A stretch of DNA of 64,000 bases from Octopus vulgaris (taxonomy: Eukaryota). The stretch lies in assembly GCA_951406725.2 (NCBI GenBank), contig OX597833.1, positions 57,908,001-57,972,000 of the forward strand, read 5' to 3'. Below are positions 37,248 to 51,354 of the stretch, in pieces. The position numbers and the translations under genes are program-made. The notes under the pieces are model-generated. The model had not been told where the DNA came from. It made no database searches and saw nothing but the letters and a program-made list of their open reading frames with translations. Positions within the stretch are counted from its first letter, which is position 1. Each line of letters begins with the position of its first letter.

Positions 37248-39305
37248 GACAGAGATTGAATCTCTGTCTACTTCTGAAATAGATGCTGAGAACATTGAAG
37301 AAGTATACAGCAGCCTCATCAAATCAACAGAGGAAGTTGCACTAGCAACTCTTCCCAAAAAGAAGAGTAGGGGCCAGAGCAAACCTTCTAATTCCCCAAA
37401 TGTCATCGAAGCCAGAAACCATCTAAAGTCTATATCACTAGCTTACCACCGTTCTCCATCCCAGTCACTGAAGATCCAACTCATAGCTGCCAAGAAGAAT
37501 CTAGATGAGGCTTACTTGAACGCCGAGGTCGACTTTATTAATGGCAAAATTAGTAAACTATGCAAAGAGCACATTAGTAAAAAACACCATCTTGCCTAGA
37601 AATCCATCAAAGACCTATCAGGCAAAAATTCTGGGTCATCAATTAGAATTAAAGGGGGATCAGCTAAGAAGCGTTTAGAAAATTGGTCAACCCATTTTAA
37701 AAACCTCCTTGGGAAGAATGCCAAAATCCCTGATAACCCCACTCTTCCAAGTGTGCCTATATCAGACACGCTGGACATCAACACCTCCCCTTTTGCCATA
37801 TTTGAACTAACAGCAGCCACCAAGCAACTAAAAGCCTCGAAAGCATTTGGTCCCGACAACATCCCAGCTGTAATTTGGAAGGATGATAGATTTCACACAC
37901 TTTTGCTCAACCTCTGCAACCACACACTTTCCACCTTTGTCGCTCCAAAGAATTGGCACCAATCTCAAATCATTCCAATACCCAAAAAAGGCGATTTATC
38001 CCTCGTCACCAACTACAGAGGTATATCTCTAATGTCAATTGCTGCAAAACTGTACAACAAACTGATCCTAAATCGTCTTGTCCTTTTTGTTGAACCTTTG
38101 CTCCGAAGGAACCAAAATGGATTCAGACATGGGCGCTCAACGCTGAGCCAGATACTATGCCTACGCAGACTTATTGAAGAATCAAAAGCATTTAATCGCG
38201 ATCTTGCAATGGTATTTGTAGACTTCTCTAAAGCGTTCGATTCTGTAGATAGGTACAAGATGTTTGAAATCCTTAAGCTCTATGGGATACCAGACAAAAT
38301 CATTTCTACCATCAAGGCCCTCTACACAGATACGTCTTCAACCATCTTAACCCCTGACGGAGAAACATCATCTTTCTCAATCAAAGCCGGAATACTGCAG
38401 GGAGACACACTCGCCCCATTTCTTTTCATCATTGTTGTTGATTATGTGCTACGTATGTCAGTTGATACCATCTCTGGCAAGGGCTTTGAAATAAAACCAA
38501 GAAGAAGTTCCAGACACCCAGCTGAGTACTTGACAGACACTGACTTTGCTGACGACATCGCTCTTATCAGTGATTCTCTCTCCAATGCCCAGTCTCTTTT
38601 ACAATCTCTTGAACAAGCCTCAAATTGTGTAGGTCTTTACCTCAATGAGGCCAAAACTGAATACATAAACAAGTGCCTGTCCAACAGTGATTGCATCATC
38701 CATACTCTCAACAACGCGCCCTTAAATATGATTTCTGATTATAAATATCTTGGGTCATACATATCATCATCTGGAAAAGAGTTTCTAACTAGAAAGGGTA
38801 TGGCCTGGTCAGCCTGTAATGATATGCATAAGATCTGGTCATCAAATCTAAGTAGAGACTTCAAACTTGAAATATTCAAAGCCACAGTCGAACCAATTCT
38901 ACTATATGGCTCAGAAACCTGGACGTTATCAAAGAGGCTTGAGAGGCGGTTGGATGGAACCTACACTCGCCTCCTTATGAGAGCTCAAAATCTCTCGTGG
39001 AAGCGCCATCCAACCAAAATGCAAATATATGGGAAACTACTACCTGTGTCATCTCTTGTGAAAGGTAGGAGAGTCCAGTTTGCTGGACATTGTTGTAGAG
39101 CTGAAAAAGAAGTAATTTCTACTCTTCTCCTCTGGAAGCCATCTACTCGCAATACCAGAGGGCGCACACTCTCCTACCCTGATGTAATCTCCAGGGATAC
39201 AGGCATCCAGCAACAGGACCTCCGTAATGCCATGATGGACCGTGAAGTCTGGCGTAGCATGGTAAATTCCATTGTCTCGATCACGGTCGAACAATGATGA
39301 TGATG

Positions 39306-39306
<1 letters not shown>
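37248..39306 (+). mobile_element. RTE-clade non-LTR retrotransposon, 5'-truncated
   Basis: RT motifs NYRGISL, QNGFRHGRS, FVDFSKAFDSV, GILQGDTLAPFLF, FADD and LLYGSETW. (TGA)n tail. In-frame TAG at ~37597. Confidence 0.93.
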
Positions 39307-39336
<30 letters not shown>

Positions 39337-39995
39337 GAGAGTATAACTCCAAACTTACAGGGAAAAATTCAGCTGAGTATTAAATCATATTTCACAGTAT
39401 AGAGATATAAAATATGAATTAGAGATAAAACCACTATTATGCAACTCAAACAGTGATAGACATAAACCAATACATAAATAATTTAATTTTTAAATGTATT
39501 TCATGAATATATTATATTGATATTTATAATATTTATGTAAGTAATAATGGACTAATTAATTTATTTTTCTTTATGTCCTTATATTTATTGATAGAGTAAA
39601 TTATATATTTTAATTACTATATGTGTTGATTATAATATAGATACTTATTTTTAAATATTTTATAATTATTAGATGTGAACTTAAATTTAAAAATATGAAT
39701 AGTGATTATTTTCTTAAATAATTTGGTAATTAGATATTGGACTATAACTGAGTTAAGGATATTCGAGAGTTTATTATGTTTTTTTAAAACTATATTATAT
39801 CTTCATAGATAAATACATATTTCTATCTATTTTAAAAATAAATATTTAACATAATAAATGTGTTGTAGGAAATAATCCTAATGATTTAAGCTTCTAATTT
39901 AGATAATGGAGTTTTTTTATAAGAAAAATTGTTATTTTATTTATTTCTTAAATAAATATTGCTTAACTCTATTTGCTTATTTATTTAACTATTAT

Positions 39996-40100
39996 CATTA
40001 ACCTGAAGATTGACTATAATTTTAATTTGAATTTATTTCAATTGAATTTAAACTTAATTGTAATTCAAATTTAATTGTAGCCATGAAACGTACCTTAGTG
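39996..40100 (+). ncRNA. Hammerhead-like motif with a long AU-rich stem II (paralogs 23823-23927, 56234-56338)
   Basis: CATTAAC-CTGAAGA-[TGACTATAATT..AATTTGAATT..CAATT..AATTG..AATTCAAATT..AATTGTAGCCA]-GAAAC-GTA-CC-TTAGTG. Confidence 0.55.
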
Positions 40101-40143
40101 TTCTTACTTATATTATATTTATAATTCATTTTATGCTTTTTGA

Positions 40144-40233
<90 letters not shown>

Positions 40234-41996
40234 CTCTTTACAACTGCTTCCTTGTCCACTGAATACCTTTCATCATACACTACACGAAGCATTAAGTTAC
40301 GTCGAACTTTGAAATTTTGCAGCCAACCACCACTATAATGACACTTATATTTTAGTTTAAGTATTTTGTGAGTCTAGAAGGTTTGTTTCTTCAATATTAG
40401 ATCTGCATACAACTCATCACTTTCCCTTATACGTATCCTATGGGATCAAATTCATCAGAAATTCATCTAATTTCGATTTTTTTTCATCTTTCATTGTTTT
40501 CTTCTTATACATCTGTTTCTTTGAATAATTTTTTAGGAAAACAACAATCAAACACAACTGTATACTTTTATTTTTATTTTATTTCAATTTTTATTGTCAA
40601 TTGTGGAAAATCCAGTGCTGTTACAGGCATCTTGTAGACACAATGCTATTGTTACTAACCTGCCGTCGCTCAATCCGAACCCGGGACCCTACTAAGTCGA
40701 GCGACGACGATTGACAAGGCTCAGTCGAACGGAATCCGCCATAGAGAAAATGGTGGTGGGGGATGGCAGCGAACTCGAACCGGCGACCGGAGATAACAAC
40801 AACAACAACAGCAGGAAGAAGAGAGAGAGAGAGACGGCGGAAGGCATTTGCTTTACGTTTAACAACAGTTTATACAATTATTACAACATGAAATAAAACG
40901 TGAAACATATCAGATACATTTAAGAAAATAACATGCAACAGAATTAAAAAAAAGAAAGCAACAAAAGGCATGCACAATACAGAACGTCCGGAAACAATCA
41001 AAACATTAATGTTTTGATGCAATATAGAGTTCGAAACAGGTCAACATTAAAGTCTTTCACTTTCTTTTCTTTTTCTCTTTAACACAATGTTCTTTTTTCT
41101 TTCTTTTCTTCCTCTTTTCCTCAATTCACAGTTCTCTTTTTTTGACACAATTCTTTTTCTTTTCAACAATTCTTTTTTTCGACACAGTTCACAATTTAAA
41201 CATAAACAAAAGATACCGTTACAAACTCCTACTACAATAGCCATGCCTTTTCGCCGTAATCCCTCTCTTTCGCTCTACATGTCCCCAATGCTATTTGCCT
41301 GTCTTTCTCACCACGCCTGTCCACACTGTCGTAGCCTCTCCAGACTGCACCTGTTGCCAACTCACTGTCTCAGGCAGAACTGACCAACAATCTCACAGCT
41401 CGCCGCATTTTAATGGGTCGTTTCTTAAACTTTGCTTGATCGGAAAAGGGTCAGAGGTATTTTCCAAACTCATTAATTTCTCTAAAAATTGACAGGACAA
41501 AGTGTTTTTCCGTCTGCTTGGAGCCAAACCACGAAACCAGGCCACAAGCACTCTTTCTCCGAATGACCCCCGTATCACTATTAAATTTCTTTTCAAATCT
41601 TCGAATTTATTTTTAATGAAAAATTTCCGATATTTTCAGTATATGAAATGAAATAAATTTCCTTTATTTATTGGGAAAATGGCAGGGGTTAGACATGAAC
41701 GAGATATTATAAGAAAGAGGAGAACAAATTAGAATAGCTTGTTTGTGTTTGTAAGTAATGTTAACCAAGTGATGCTGCATTGAGCTTATGCTAAATGTTG
41801 GAACAATGGTATCAGGTTTCATGTCTGTTTGGCAACCTAGTTTACACACATCGATGCACTTGAAAATACATTTGTCAATCTGTAGTGAAATATGTTGACC
41901 AGTGAATTGATGATATTAGAAGTCATTGAGAGGAATCTGTGGGTGTGTGTGTGTTTATGTGAAATTGCTAAGGTTAATAAAATGTATGTATGTATG

Positions 41997-42055
<59 letters not shown>

Positions 42056-43218
42056 GGAAAAAAGTCAAGGTAGAAAATGCTAAAATAATTATATAAAAAA
42101 AACATTTCATTACTGGTTTCAGTCATTGAGACTTTTTCAACTGTAAGTATGGAAAACAATTAAATTTTGAAAAAATTATATGAAAAGTACTTTAAAAGAA
42201 TATTTGCATAGTATTCAAATACAAGGGACATTTTCCGTGTTTCTGCCTGTCTCTGTCTCTCTTGTTTACTCTTGGGGGTTCGCGGTCATTGTGAGTTCTT
42301 GGCAAAGAAGAAGAAGAAGAAGAAGAAGAAGAAGAAGAAGAAGAAGAAGAAGAAGAAGAAGAAGAAGAAAGAGGAGGAGGAGGAGGAGGAGGAAATAATG
42401 TGGGAGTGCTATGATCGTAGTAGGATGTTAAATGGCGTTTTGCCCAGTAAGTGGATTGTTGTGGATGGTAGTAGTGATTGAATCCTTGTGATATCTCTTT
42501 TGAATGTATTGTTTATAATATTTTCGTAGGTGTTATTCTGAACAGCAGTAGTAGTAAAGTAAGGAAGGAGGTGGCGGAGAGGAAGAGGAAGGCGAAGAAG
42601 AAGAAAGAGACAGAATAATAAGAGAATGCAGGATGTTAGGATAGTAGTAGGATGTTAAAATTGTCAAGTGATCACTTTTAGGTCACTTGACCATTCAACA
42701 TCCTACTACTATCATAGCACACCCGCATTAATTTCCTCTTTAAGTTAAAACGTTTTGATAAATAACTAATGAGGTTTGGTTAGTGGAATGTTTACATGTT
42801 TTTATGGGAAGTGCAGGGAAGTAACGAGGGTCTGATGATAAGTTTATATGTATTTTCTCTGTGATGTTTATTACATCGATTTCTTTTATGCCCCTTTAAC
42901 TGAAAGTTACAACACTTCCACGTATGGCTACCCTGTTGAAAGACTTTGCTGCCTCAGTTGTTTGCTTGTGTCCCAGAAAAGAGGCAAACAATTTACAAGG
43001 GCCAAATATGCCATTCAGTTCTTTAGTGCTTTCATAATAAAATAGTATTAAAGTTTATCATCAAGACCTGTCACCGATGTTAAGTTACATCTGATGTAGA
43101 ACCACCACAACAGCAGTAACTCTTAGATAGGACATTGCCAAAATACAGACACATGAAATGTTCTGCACACTAATGAACACGAACTAATATAGTCTGCAAA
43201 GGAAACTAAAACTATTCA

Positions 43219-43317
<99 letters not shown>

Positions 43318-43949
43318 CATTGCCATTTAAATTGAGGAAAACTTTTTAAATGTTTTGGAATTTCTGGCTTCATGTTTCCTGATAGTAAAATGTCGTCCTA
43401 ACTTAGGTTATCGATCTTCAATGATTTACTTGGTGTCTTTTGTTTAAATTAGTAATTTTTGATTGTTACTTATAGAATTCCAATATTCCAACGATGTTTC
43501 AGTATAATGCAAAGGTTTCCAGTTTTACATCATCCCAATATGTAGTCACGATTATCAAATGGAACTTTCAAGCAAAAGTATATCTCAAGATTCATTCTAA
43601 TATTTTCTGCCACTTCTTCACTGTTTGGGGATGTTAAAATATGTCAAAATGAAAGTTAGTTATGACGTCATCCTTTGAATGCTCTGACGTCATTTCAACG
43701 TTGGTTTCAGGGCCACATCCATAACAAAGGCAGTAATATTTCCTGTAGAATTCTTTGCTACATTCAGCTTGTGTTTCAAAGAAAGGAGTAGTCTAAATTT
43801 ATATGATTTTAAAAATTTAACAGTAGATAAACGTGTTTGGTATTACTTCAGAAAACGTGAGATATATAACAATGAATTTCAAAATATTGTTGAATATTAT
43901 CAATAAAGAAAGGAATAAGGAAAGTATATTTATGAACACAATCTATCTT

Positions 43950-45432
43950 TTATAATTCACTCTTGTGAAGTATATTTTGGAACGCTTTGTCATTGGCAAG
44001 GTCTTCTACTGAGTGAATGAATTCCAAAACAAATTTTTTGTATTCAGTATTTCCATTTCCATACTCATATAAATCAAGTATTATTTCCTTTATCTCCCAA
44101 ATTTCTATCAGGTCTTTGTTGAAAGGAAGAAATTCTACAGCAGATTTAAGAGCCAGAACAAACCTATCCATTCCAGAACGTCTTAATTGATCTTTTTCTT
44201 CTTCATCATTTTTTCCATCTGCTTCTTTAAAACATAATCTTCCAAACAAAATGTTAAAATTAACATCTTGCATTTTGTTATCTGCTTTAAATCTTTCACA
44301 ATACTTCCTGGCATTGTCATATTCTTTCAAAGAGATATATAATAAAATGATATCAAAGAGAGTAACTGAACATTCATGAGAAAGTTCAAGAGCTTGTTGA
44401 AAGTGATATTCAGCTTTGTTGATTAACTCATTCCTTTCTCTATGAGGAATACTTCGAACATGTTTTAAAACTTTCGCAAATACATTCGTTTCTTTTGAGA
44501 ATTGTTTGTTCATTGGGACATATGTATATTCTGGTGTATCCATTCTTAGATAAAGTGATCCAAGCCAATGATGAGAATATGATGTTGCTTTTATTTCAAT
44601 TGCTTTTTCAAACAATTCTCTTCCTTGTTCAAGCTGATTTGAACGTATATAATGATAGGCACTTTTCTCCAAAACATAGCGGTCATCAGGGGAAATATGA
44701 AGAGCTCTCTGAAAATAACACTTCACATGGTTGACTGAGAGGAAGACAAGGACTATGTTTAAACAAACCAATCAATGCTAATGTTCTTCCCATTAGGGCC
44801 TTGTCAATATTGTGTGGAAAAGCACATTGTATTTTCTCTAAGTATTGTATTGATTCCTTAATATTTTCACGCATTTTCTCTTGATCCATGGTCTTTCTTA
44901 AACAACGATATTGCAACAAAGCAATAGAAAACATACACAGATAATCGTCTGGACAAACGTTGAGAGACTCTTTGTAAAGTTCGACAGCTCTTTCATGATC
45001 TTTAAAAGATATAGTAGCTAAACAATAAGCAACATTTCTTTTGCCTTCTGCTTCTATCAGCGAGAAATTTTCTCTTTCTTCAAGCTTGCTTACATTATCC
45101 AAAAGGTTTCTTACCTCAGGGATATTTCCATTGTACAAATGAATAAATGCAAGGTTGGTTAATGCCACCAGGTTATCTGGCTTCTTTTCTCGAACTTCAT
45201 TGGCTAATTTTTCAGCTGAAAATTTATCGTTCATCTGCCACAGAATATATACTAGGACGTTCTTTTGACGAATCTCATCTTCTAAACCAAATGAGATATC
45301 ATTACTTAACGAATTTTCTACTTTTTTAGAGAGAGATGACCAAACGTCTTTGGTTTTCTCAAAACTTTCTTCCATTACATTTGGAAATCTTTTAATTCTC
45401 TCCCTATACGATTCTCTTCTACTTCCTTCATC
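43950..45432 (-). pseudogene. IFIT-like TPR gene copy 3, exon 2, with a 1-nt frameshift (possibly a sequencing error)
   Basis: 1483 nt versus 1482 in copies 2 and 4. There is an extra A at ~44717 (gaaaataacac versus gaaaatacac), which splits the frame into the 253-aa and 273-aa ORFs. No other lesion seen. Confidence 0.8.
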
Positions 45433-45679
45433 CTGAAATAAAAACAAAAAGATTGCGTATGAAATATGATATTACACATTATCATTGACAAAAAAATATT
45501 CTCCAATTTTCGATTTTTAGTTAATGAAACAATGTCAAACCTTCCTAGTCTGATACGGTTGATGTAGTGGCTGAGCATTTTGGATTCAAAGGTTCGATGT
45601 TTTGAATATACGCACAGAAAACTGAGCGTAAATACGTGAGAGAACAATGTAAGGGGTGTGTTTAGGAGAGTGATGAATG

Positions 45680-45714
<35 letters not shown>

Positions 45715-45812
45715 ACAACAACAATAACATGATGGTCAGGCTGTTGCAGATCACTTATATTATGTAATATAATATGATATAACACTCTCTCACACACACA
45801 TACACACACGCG

Positions 45813-47044
45813 CAAAAATAATGGAAACACCTAGCATCATAACATCATAATTTTGAGATATTTATAAAACCGTCAAAACGTTTTTTGATTTATTATTAGT
45901 GTTGCTTAATATGTTTTGCTAAAATTGCTTTTTCTTTTCAGATTTCATCAAAATAAGGTAATTAAAATTCATTAAGATGACAGATCGATCAGACTTTCAA
46001 AGCGGTCAAATTGTTGGTGCTCGTATAGCAGGCGCTAGCGTAACGAAAACAGCTGAAATGTTTGGTGTATCAAGAAGTCTTGAAAGTAATGACAGCCTTT
46101 GAGAAAGAGGAAAAAAACCTCCTCGTTGAAACAAAACTCCAGAAGGAAACCAAAACTTCCAGATAGGGATCGTTGGATTCTTATGCGAATTATTAGAAAG
46201 AATCACAAAAGTACAGCTCCCTAAATTACTGTAGAGCTTAATGACCACTTCGAGAACCCAGTTTCCACAAGAACAGTTCGCCGGGAGCTACAAAAGGCAG
46301 GATTTCAAGGGAGGGCTACAGTCAAGAAAACCACTACTTTCAAAAACAAACATTGCAAAGCGTTTAGAGTGGAGTAAAAATCTACAGAATTGGTCCCCAG
46401 AGCAGTGGATGAATGTTATTTTCTCGGACGAGTCATCCTTCACCTTTTTTCCGACCACCGAGTGTACTTGTGGAGTCAGCCAAAAGAAGCATTTGACCCA
46501 GACTGCTTTCTTCTATTAAACATGGAAGAGGATCTGCAATGATGAGCTTTGGGGGCTATATCTTGAAAATCCGCTGGCCCAATGATTTTCCTTCATGGCA
46601 GAATTAATAGTCATGACTATTTAAGCATTTTATCTGATCAAATTCATCCAGTGGTTGCAGAACTGTTTCCGGAGCGAAATGCAATTTTTCAGAATGATAA
46701 TGCACAAATTCACACAGCTAAAGTTGTTACTGAATGGTACGAGGAACATTTTAGTGAGGTTGAACATCTTATATGGCCACCACAGTCCCCAGGTCTCAAT
46801 ATTATTGAACACTTATTGGTGCATTTTAGAAAAATAAGGAAGGAGCCGATATCCTCCACTACCATCACTACAAGAACTGGAGACTGTTTGAACAAAAATT
46901 CCTTTGGAAAGAATTCAAACTTTGTACAAGTCCATATCTTGTAGAATTCAAATTGTAATTACTGCCAAATATCAAAATTACTGCCATATTAAAATAAATT
47001 TGTTTGAAATGTTAAGGTGTTTCCATTATTTTGTCTAAACACTG
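45813..47044 (+). mobile_element. Tc1/mariner transposon, decayed (copy 3 intron)
   Basis: Paralog of 29574-30803. Confidence 0.9.
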
Positions 47045-48510
47045 TGTAGGCTGAAACTGAAATCGCCGCACATTGAAACCGAACCCAGTAGCAATGGGTT
47101 GAGAAACAACTTTTTTACCTCACAACTACGCCTATAAGTATATAACACACACATATACACGCACAAATACACTCGCACCTACACACTTATACATATTCAT
47201 ATATACATACATGTGTGTGTGTGTGTGTGTGTGTCTCCGAAAAGCAGCGAAATTATATAATTCTGTACAATTAATCTCTCTCTATATAAAGCTAAAGTTG
47301 TCTGTGTATGGCAGGTTTGGTAGCCTTCAACTAACACTATCTCCTCCGAGACCCTGCGGCACAAGTTGACCAAAATTGAGAGTATGTGCTTTTTTTCTAT
47401 GAAAATCCTTATTTTTGACGATTTTTTGACTGCTCTGTCGCCATTTTTCGGTGTATTTCAACCAGAAAAATGTTCACTTAAAGAGAATAACAAGCTACAT
47501 AATGCAAAATTTTTACTTTTCAAAAGTGCCAATTCTAAAGGGTCGAAAGAAACCCGAGCAACGCCGGGTTATACTGCTAGTCTTCTATAAAATTGCATCA
47601 CTATACTAAAAACTTAGAGATATAAACGCTGCCCTCGATTTTAATACAGAGAAAAGGAATTTTACAATTTCATTTCAAGGGAAATAACTCAGTTAAACAC
47701 ACGTTTATATTGTCTCCCGTGTTTTATTAATCATGGCAACCTTTCCTTAACTATCATACACAAACCATAAAAGATTTATTTCCCTTCGATGTTCATTTTT
47801 TTTTCTCACGAAAACACGACAGAAAATGAATCTTTTTGATTGCTGTTGTAGCGGTCATAAGACTTTATCAGCAGCTTGGGATCTTTTCGGTTTGAACGGC
47901 AGTTTTTTTCTAGCGGTATCATATGAAATTGTCACCCATAATTATGACCCTAGTATCGATCTATTGCATTTCAATCTCTTTTAGGGTTAGGGTTAGTTAG
48001 GGTCAGGGTTAAGGGTGGGGGAAGGGTATCTTTTTTTCTTCACAAGTAAATTAACCCAATCTGTTTCTTAAACGAGGGACATATTCATACGGCACACAAT
48101 GCTTTTTAACTCAATAGACGTCACTGATTGGTTGAAATTGCAGAAATTGAAGGCTAAAAACAACAAATATCTTACAAACAATAGAATTTTCTAAATAAAG
48201 TCAAGAGAAAACGATGTTTTATAAACACATTCTACCAGTATACGAAGTTTAAAATTTTTTAGTTACCTAGAAATTATTTTAAAAACTGCCGTTCAAACCG
48301 AAAAGATCCCAGGGAGTTTTTGACCTCTAATTGCTTGGGTAATTGCTTGGATAATATCAGGTTATCAAATTTATCATAGGTTCGAAAAGAAATTGGATCA
48401 GTTATTTAGAAAATTTGAAACTTTTCTATTGTGGAAACATTCTACGTAAGAAGTATTTCTCAAGTTGACAATGGATAAGATTGAAGACATTCTGTGTGTG
48501 TGTGTGTGTG

Positions 48511-48550
<40 letters not shown>

Positions 48551-48664
48551 GGTATGTGTTTGTTTGTGTGTGTATGAGTGTGTTTTTGTGAGCGTTCGCC
48601 CGATCGAGTGTGTGTGTGTCTGTGACTATAGGTGTGACTGTATGCAAGTGCGTCTCTGATTCTG

Positions 48665-48712
<48 letters not shown>

Positions 48713-49737
48713 TGTATGAGTGTGTATGGTGTGTGAGTGTGCGCACTCCCGATCGAGTGTGTGTATGTCTGTGACTGTATGCGTGTGCGTCTCTGACTGT
48801 GTGTGTGTGTGTGTGCGTGTGCACGCGCGCACCCTTTACCATTACTCGACTGTGTGCGTGCGTGAGTATGTATACCCCACTGTAGATTCTGGAGAACGTG
48901 TGAGAGTGTATATACACTTGTCTATGTGTGACTAGTGTATGTGTGTTTAATGAAACTGAAAAACCATTTAAATAAACAATGGAATTCATTTTCCCCACAA
49001 CAATTTCGAAAGCTAATAAGTAGATGATGCTACGCTACCAAATCAATGATCGGTTATTCTTCTCTTATTATGGTTGCGTTACGATAAAATTCTAAAATTT
49101 GGTTTCAAATGTGGCTACTTACCATTGGCAAGCTATTTATTTCATTAGAATTTGCCACGAGGGCAGTACATAGATGAGTAGCTGCGGGCTGGTCAAAAGC
49201 ATCAATGAGATGAGGATGATAAGGATGAACAAAAATAGGAAGGCCACTGGCACCCGCCGACCAATAACCCCTCGAATACAAAGTTTCTTTACTAAAATTT
49301 ATTACAACACAAATTTTTACAACAAAAATTTTACACCAAAAATTTTTACAACAAAATTTTTACAACAAAAATTTTCTTACAATTTTCTTTGTCAGGTCCC
49401 CCGAACTAATTGAACTGCCACATGCAGACAACTCTGCATCGACAGGTCGCGGCCTGAAAAGAGAAAAGCGAATTCTTTCTTGTCAAAGGTCGCTGTGACC
49501 TTTGACAAAGTTTTTTCCGTGACCGCTTCCGCAGCCACTTACCACACAGCCAGTCCTATTGTGCATTTGGGGAGTGTATTTTGCCTTGTGTACATACATG
49601 TGTGTGTGAGTGTGTGCATGAATGTATGTATGTATGTATGTATATATTTATAGATTGAAGGCTTCGAATGATTTGTCTGTGTTCCGTGTTTGTCCCTTCC
49701 TGTATTTCACGTTCTTTATATATAAAACATTTATTCT

Positions 49738-49770
<33 letters not shown>

Positions 49771-49863
49771 TATATAATTAGGGCTTAGTAAAATAAATTA
49801 CTTTATATGTACATAAATATATACATACATACATTCATGCACACACTCACACACACATGTATT

Positions 49864-49919
<56 letters not shown>

Positions 49920-50335
49920 CGCAGGAGTGGCTGTGTGGTAAGTAGCTTGCTTAACAACCACATGATTCCGGGTTCAGTCCCACTGCATGGCATCTTGGGC
50001 GCAAGTGTCTTCTACTATAGCCTTGTGATTTGGTAGACGGAAACTGAAAGAAGCCCGTCGTATATATGTATATATATATATCTGTGTGTATTTGTGTGTC
50101 TGTGCTTGACAACCGATGCTGGTGTGTTTATGTCCCCGTTACTTAGTGGTTCGGCAAAAGAGACCTATAGAATAAGTACTGGGCTTACAAAAGAATAAGT
50201 CCCGGTGTGGAGTTGCTCGATTAAAGGCGGTGCTCTAGCATGGCTGCGGTCAAATGACTGAAACAAGTAAAAGAGTAAAAGAGAGAGTATAGGGTGTACA
50301 TTTGTTCATGTGAGTGTATATATTGATATACTCAC

Positions 50336-50386
50336 CAGTAGAATTTCCTGCATTTTCCCAGTTATTTTCTGCATTTCTTCAGCCAT
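50336..50386 (-). CDS. IFIT-like gene copy 3, first coding exon (MAEEMQKITGKMQEILL)
   Basis: Identical to 34094-34144, with ATG and a GTGAGT donor. Confidence 0.78.
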
Positions 50387-50563
50387 TCCTTTATAGCTGT
50401 GTGTGTATAAAAAGGCAAATTTTCTTTGGACAACAAAATCTGTACGTTTTCTTTTTGTGAAATTATGCTTTCTGTTGTATTCGTGAAGTGAAGAAAGGTC
50501 AATTTGTAGATATGATATAATGAATAATAACAGTCAATATCTATATCCAATCTCTATCCAAGC

Positions 50564-51172
50564 TTCTCAGAAGGGTAAATATATGGCAACGAATATTATA
50601 TACAGAGACTGTGTCACTTTTTGTGCAAGTGTTCCTTTCTGGAAACCAGGTCCTATAGGAATGCTGGAAGTTGTGAAGGGATTAATAAAGTAAAATAGTC
50701 GAGATTGAAGAAGTAAAATAATTCAGAAATAATAAACTGTTTTGGGAGTCTCAGAAAATAATAACAACGCCCGTTAATGTCACCAACTAAATGAGTAAAA
50801 GTGAAAGACTTCTCTGAAAACACGTCACATCCGGATTGACCTTCCCGAATTCTGGTGAATCGGAATTACGTGTCAAAAGTGGAAGTAAAACATCTCTCTA
50901 TTGTTATGTCAGATACTTTCACTTTAATATTGAAACAATTAAAATGAAACTATTATGTAACAGGGATGAACTGTAACTGGACATACATTCTGCTAGACTT
51001 GCTTAGGGTCCATGTAGTGTCATGAGGAAAAAAAAATTTAACTTCTTGCCTAGGGCGAGCCAACAGCAATATCGTATCCTCTCTACTATTTCAGTATTAC
51101 GTGTCAAAATCGAAAGAAAAACATTTCTCTGTTGTAATGTCAGATACTTTCACTTAAATACTGAAACTATTA
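50564..51172 (-). promoter_or_regulatory. Putative promoter of copy 3 (same IRF/GAS-like motifs)
   Basis: Near-identical to 34322-34930, with AAAAGTGAAAG at 50797-50807 and TTCTCTGAA at 50810-50818. Confidence 0.48.
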
Positions 51173-51315
51173 TATAACAGGGATGAACTGTAACTGGACA
51201 TCCATTCTGCTAGAAGAAGATCCGCCATGGTCTTATATGCTACACCACTGGTTTTAAATTTTTACTAATCAAATTAATATTCAATTTTTTACTCTTATTA
51301 TTTTAAATATAAATT

Positions 51316-51354
<39 letters not shown>

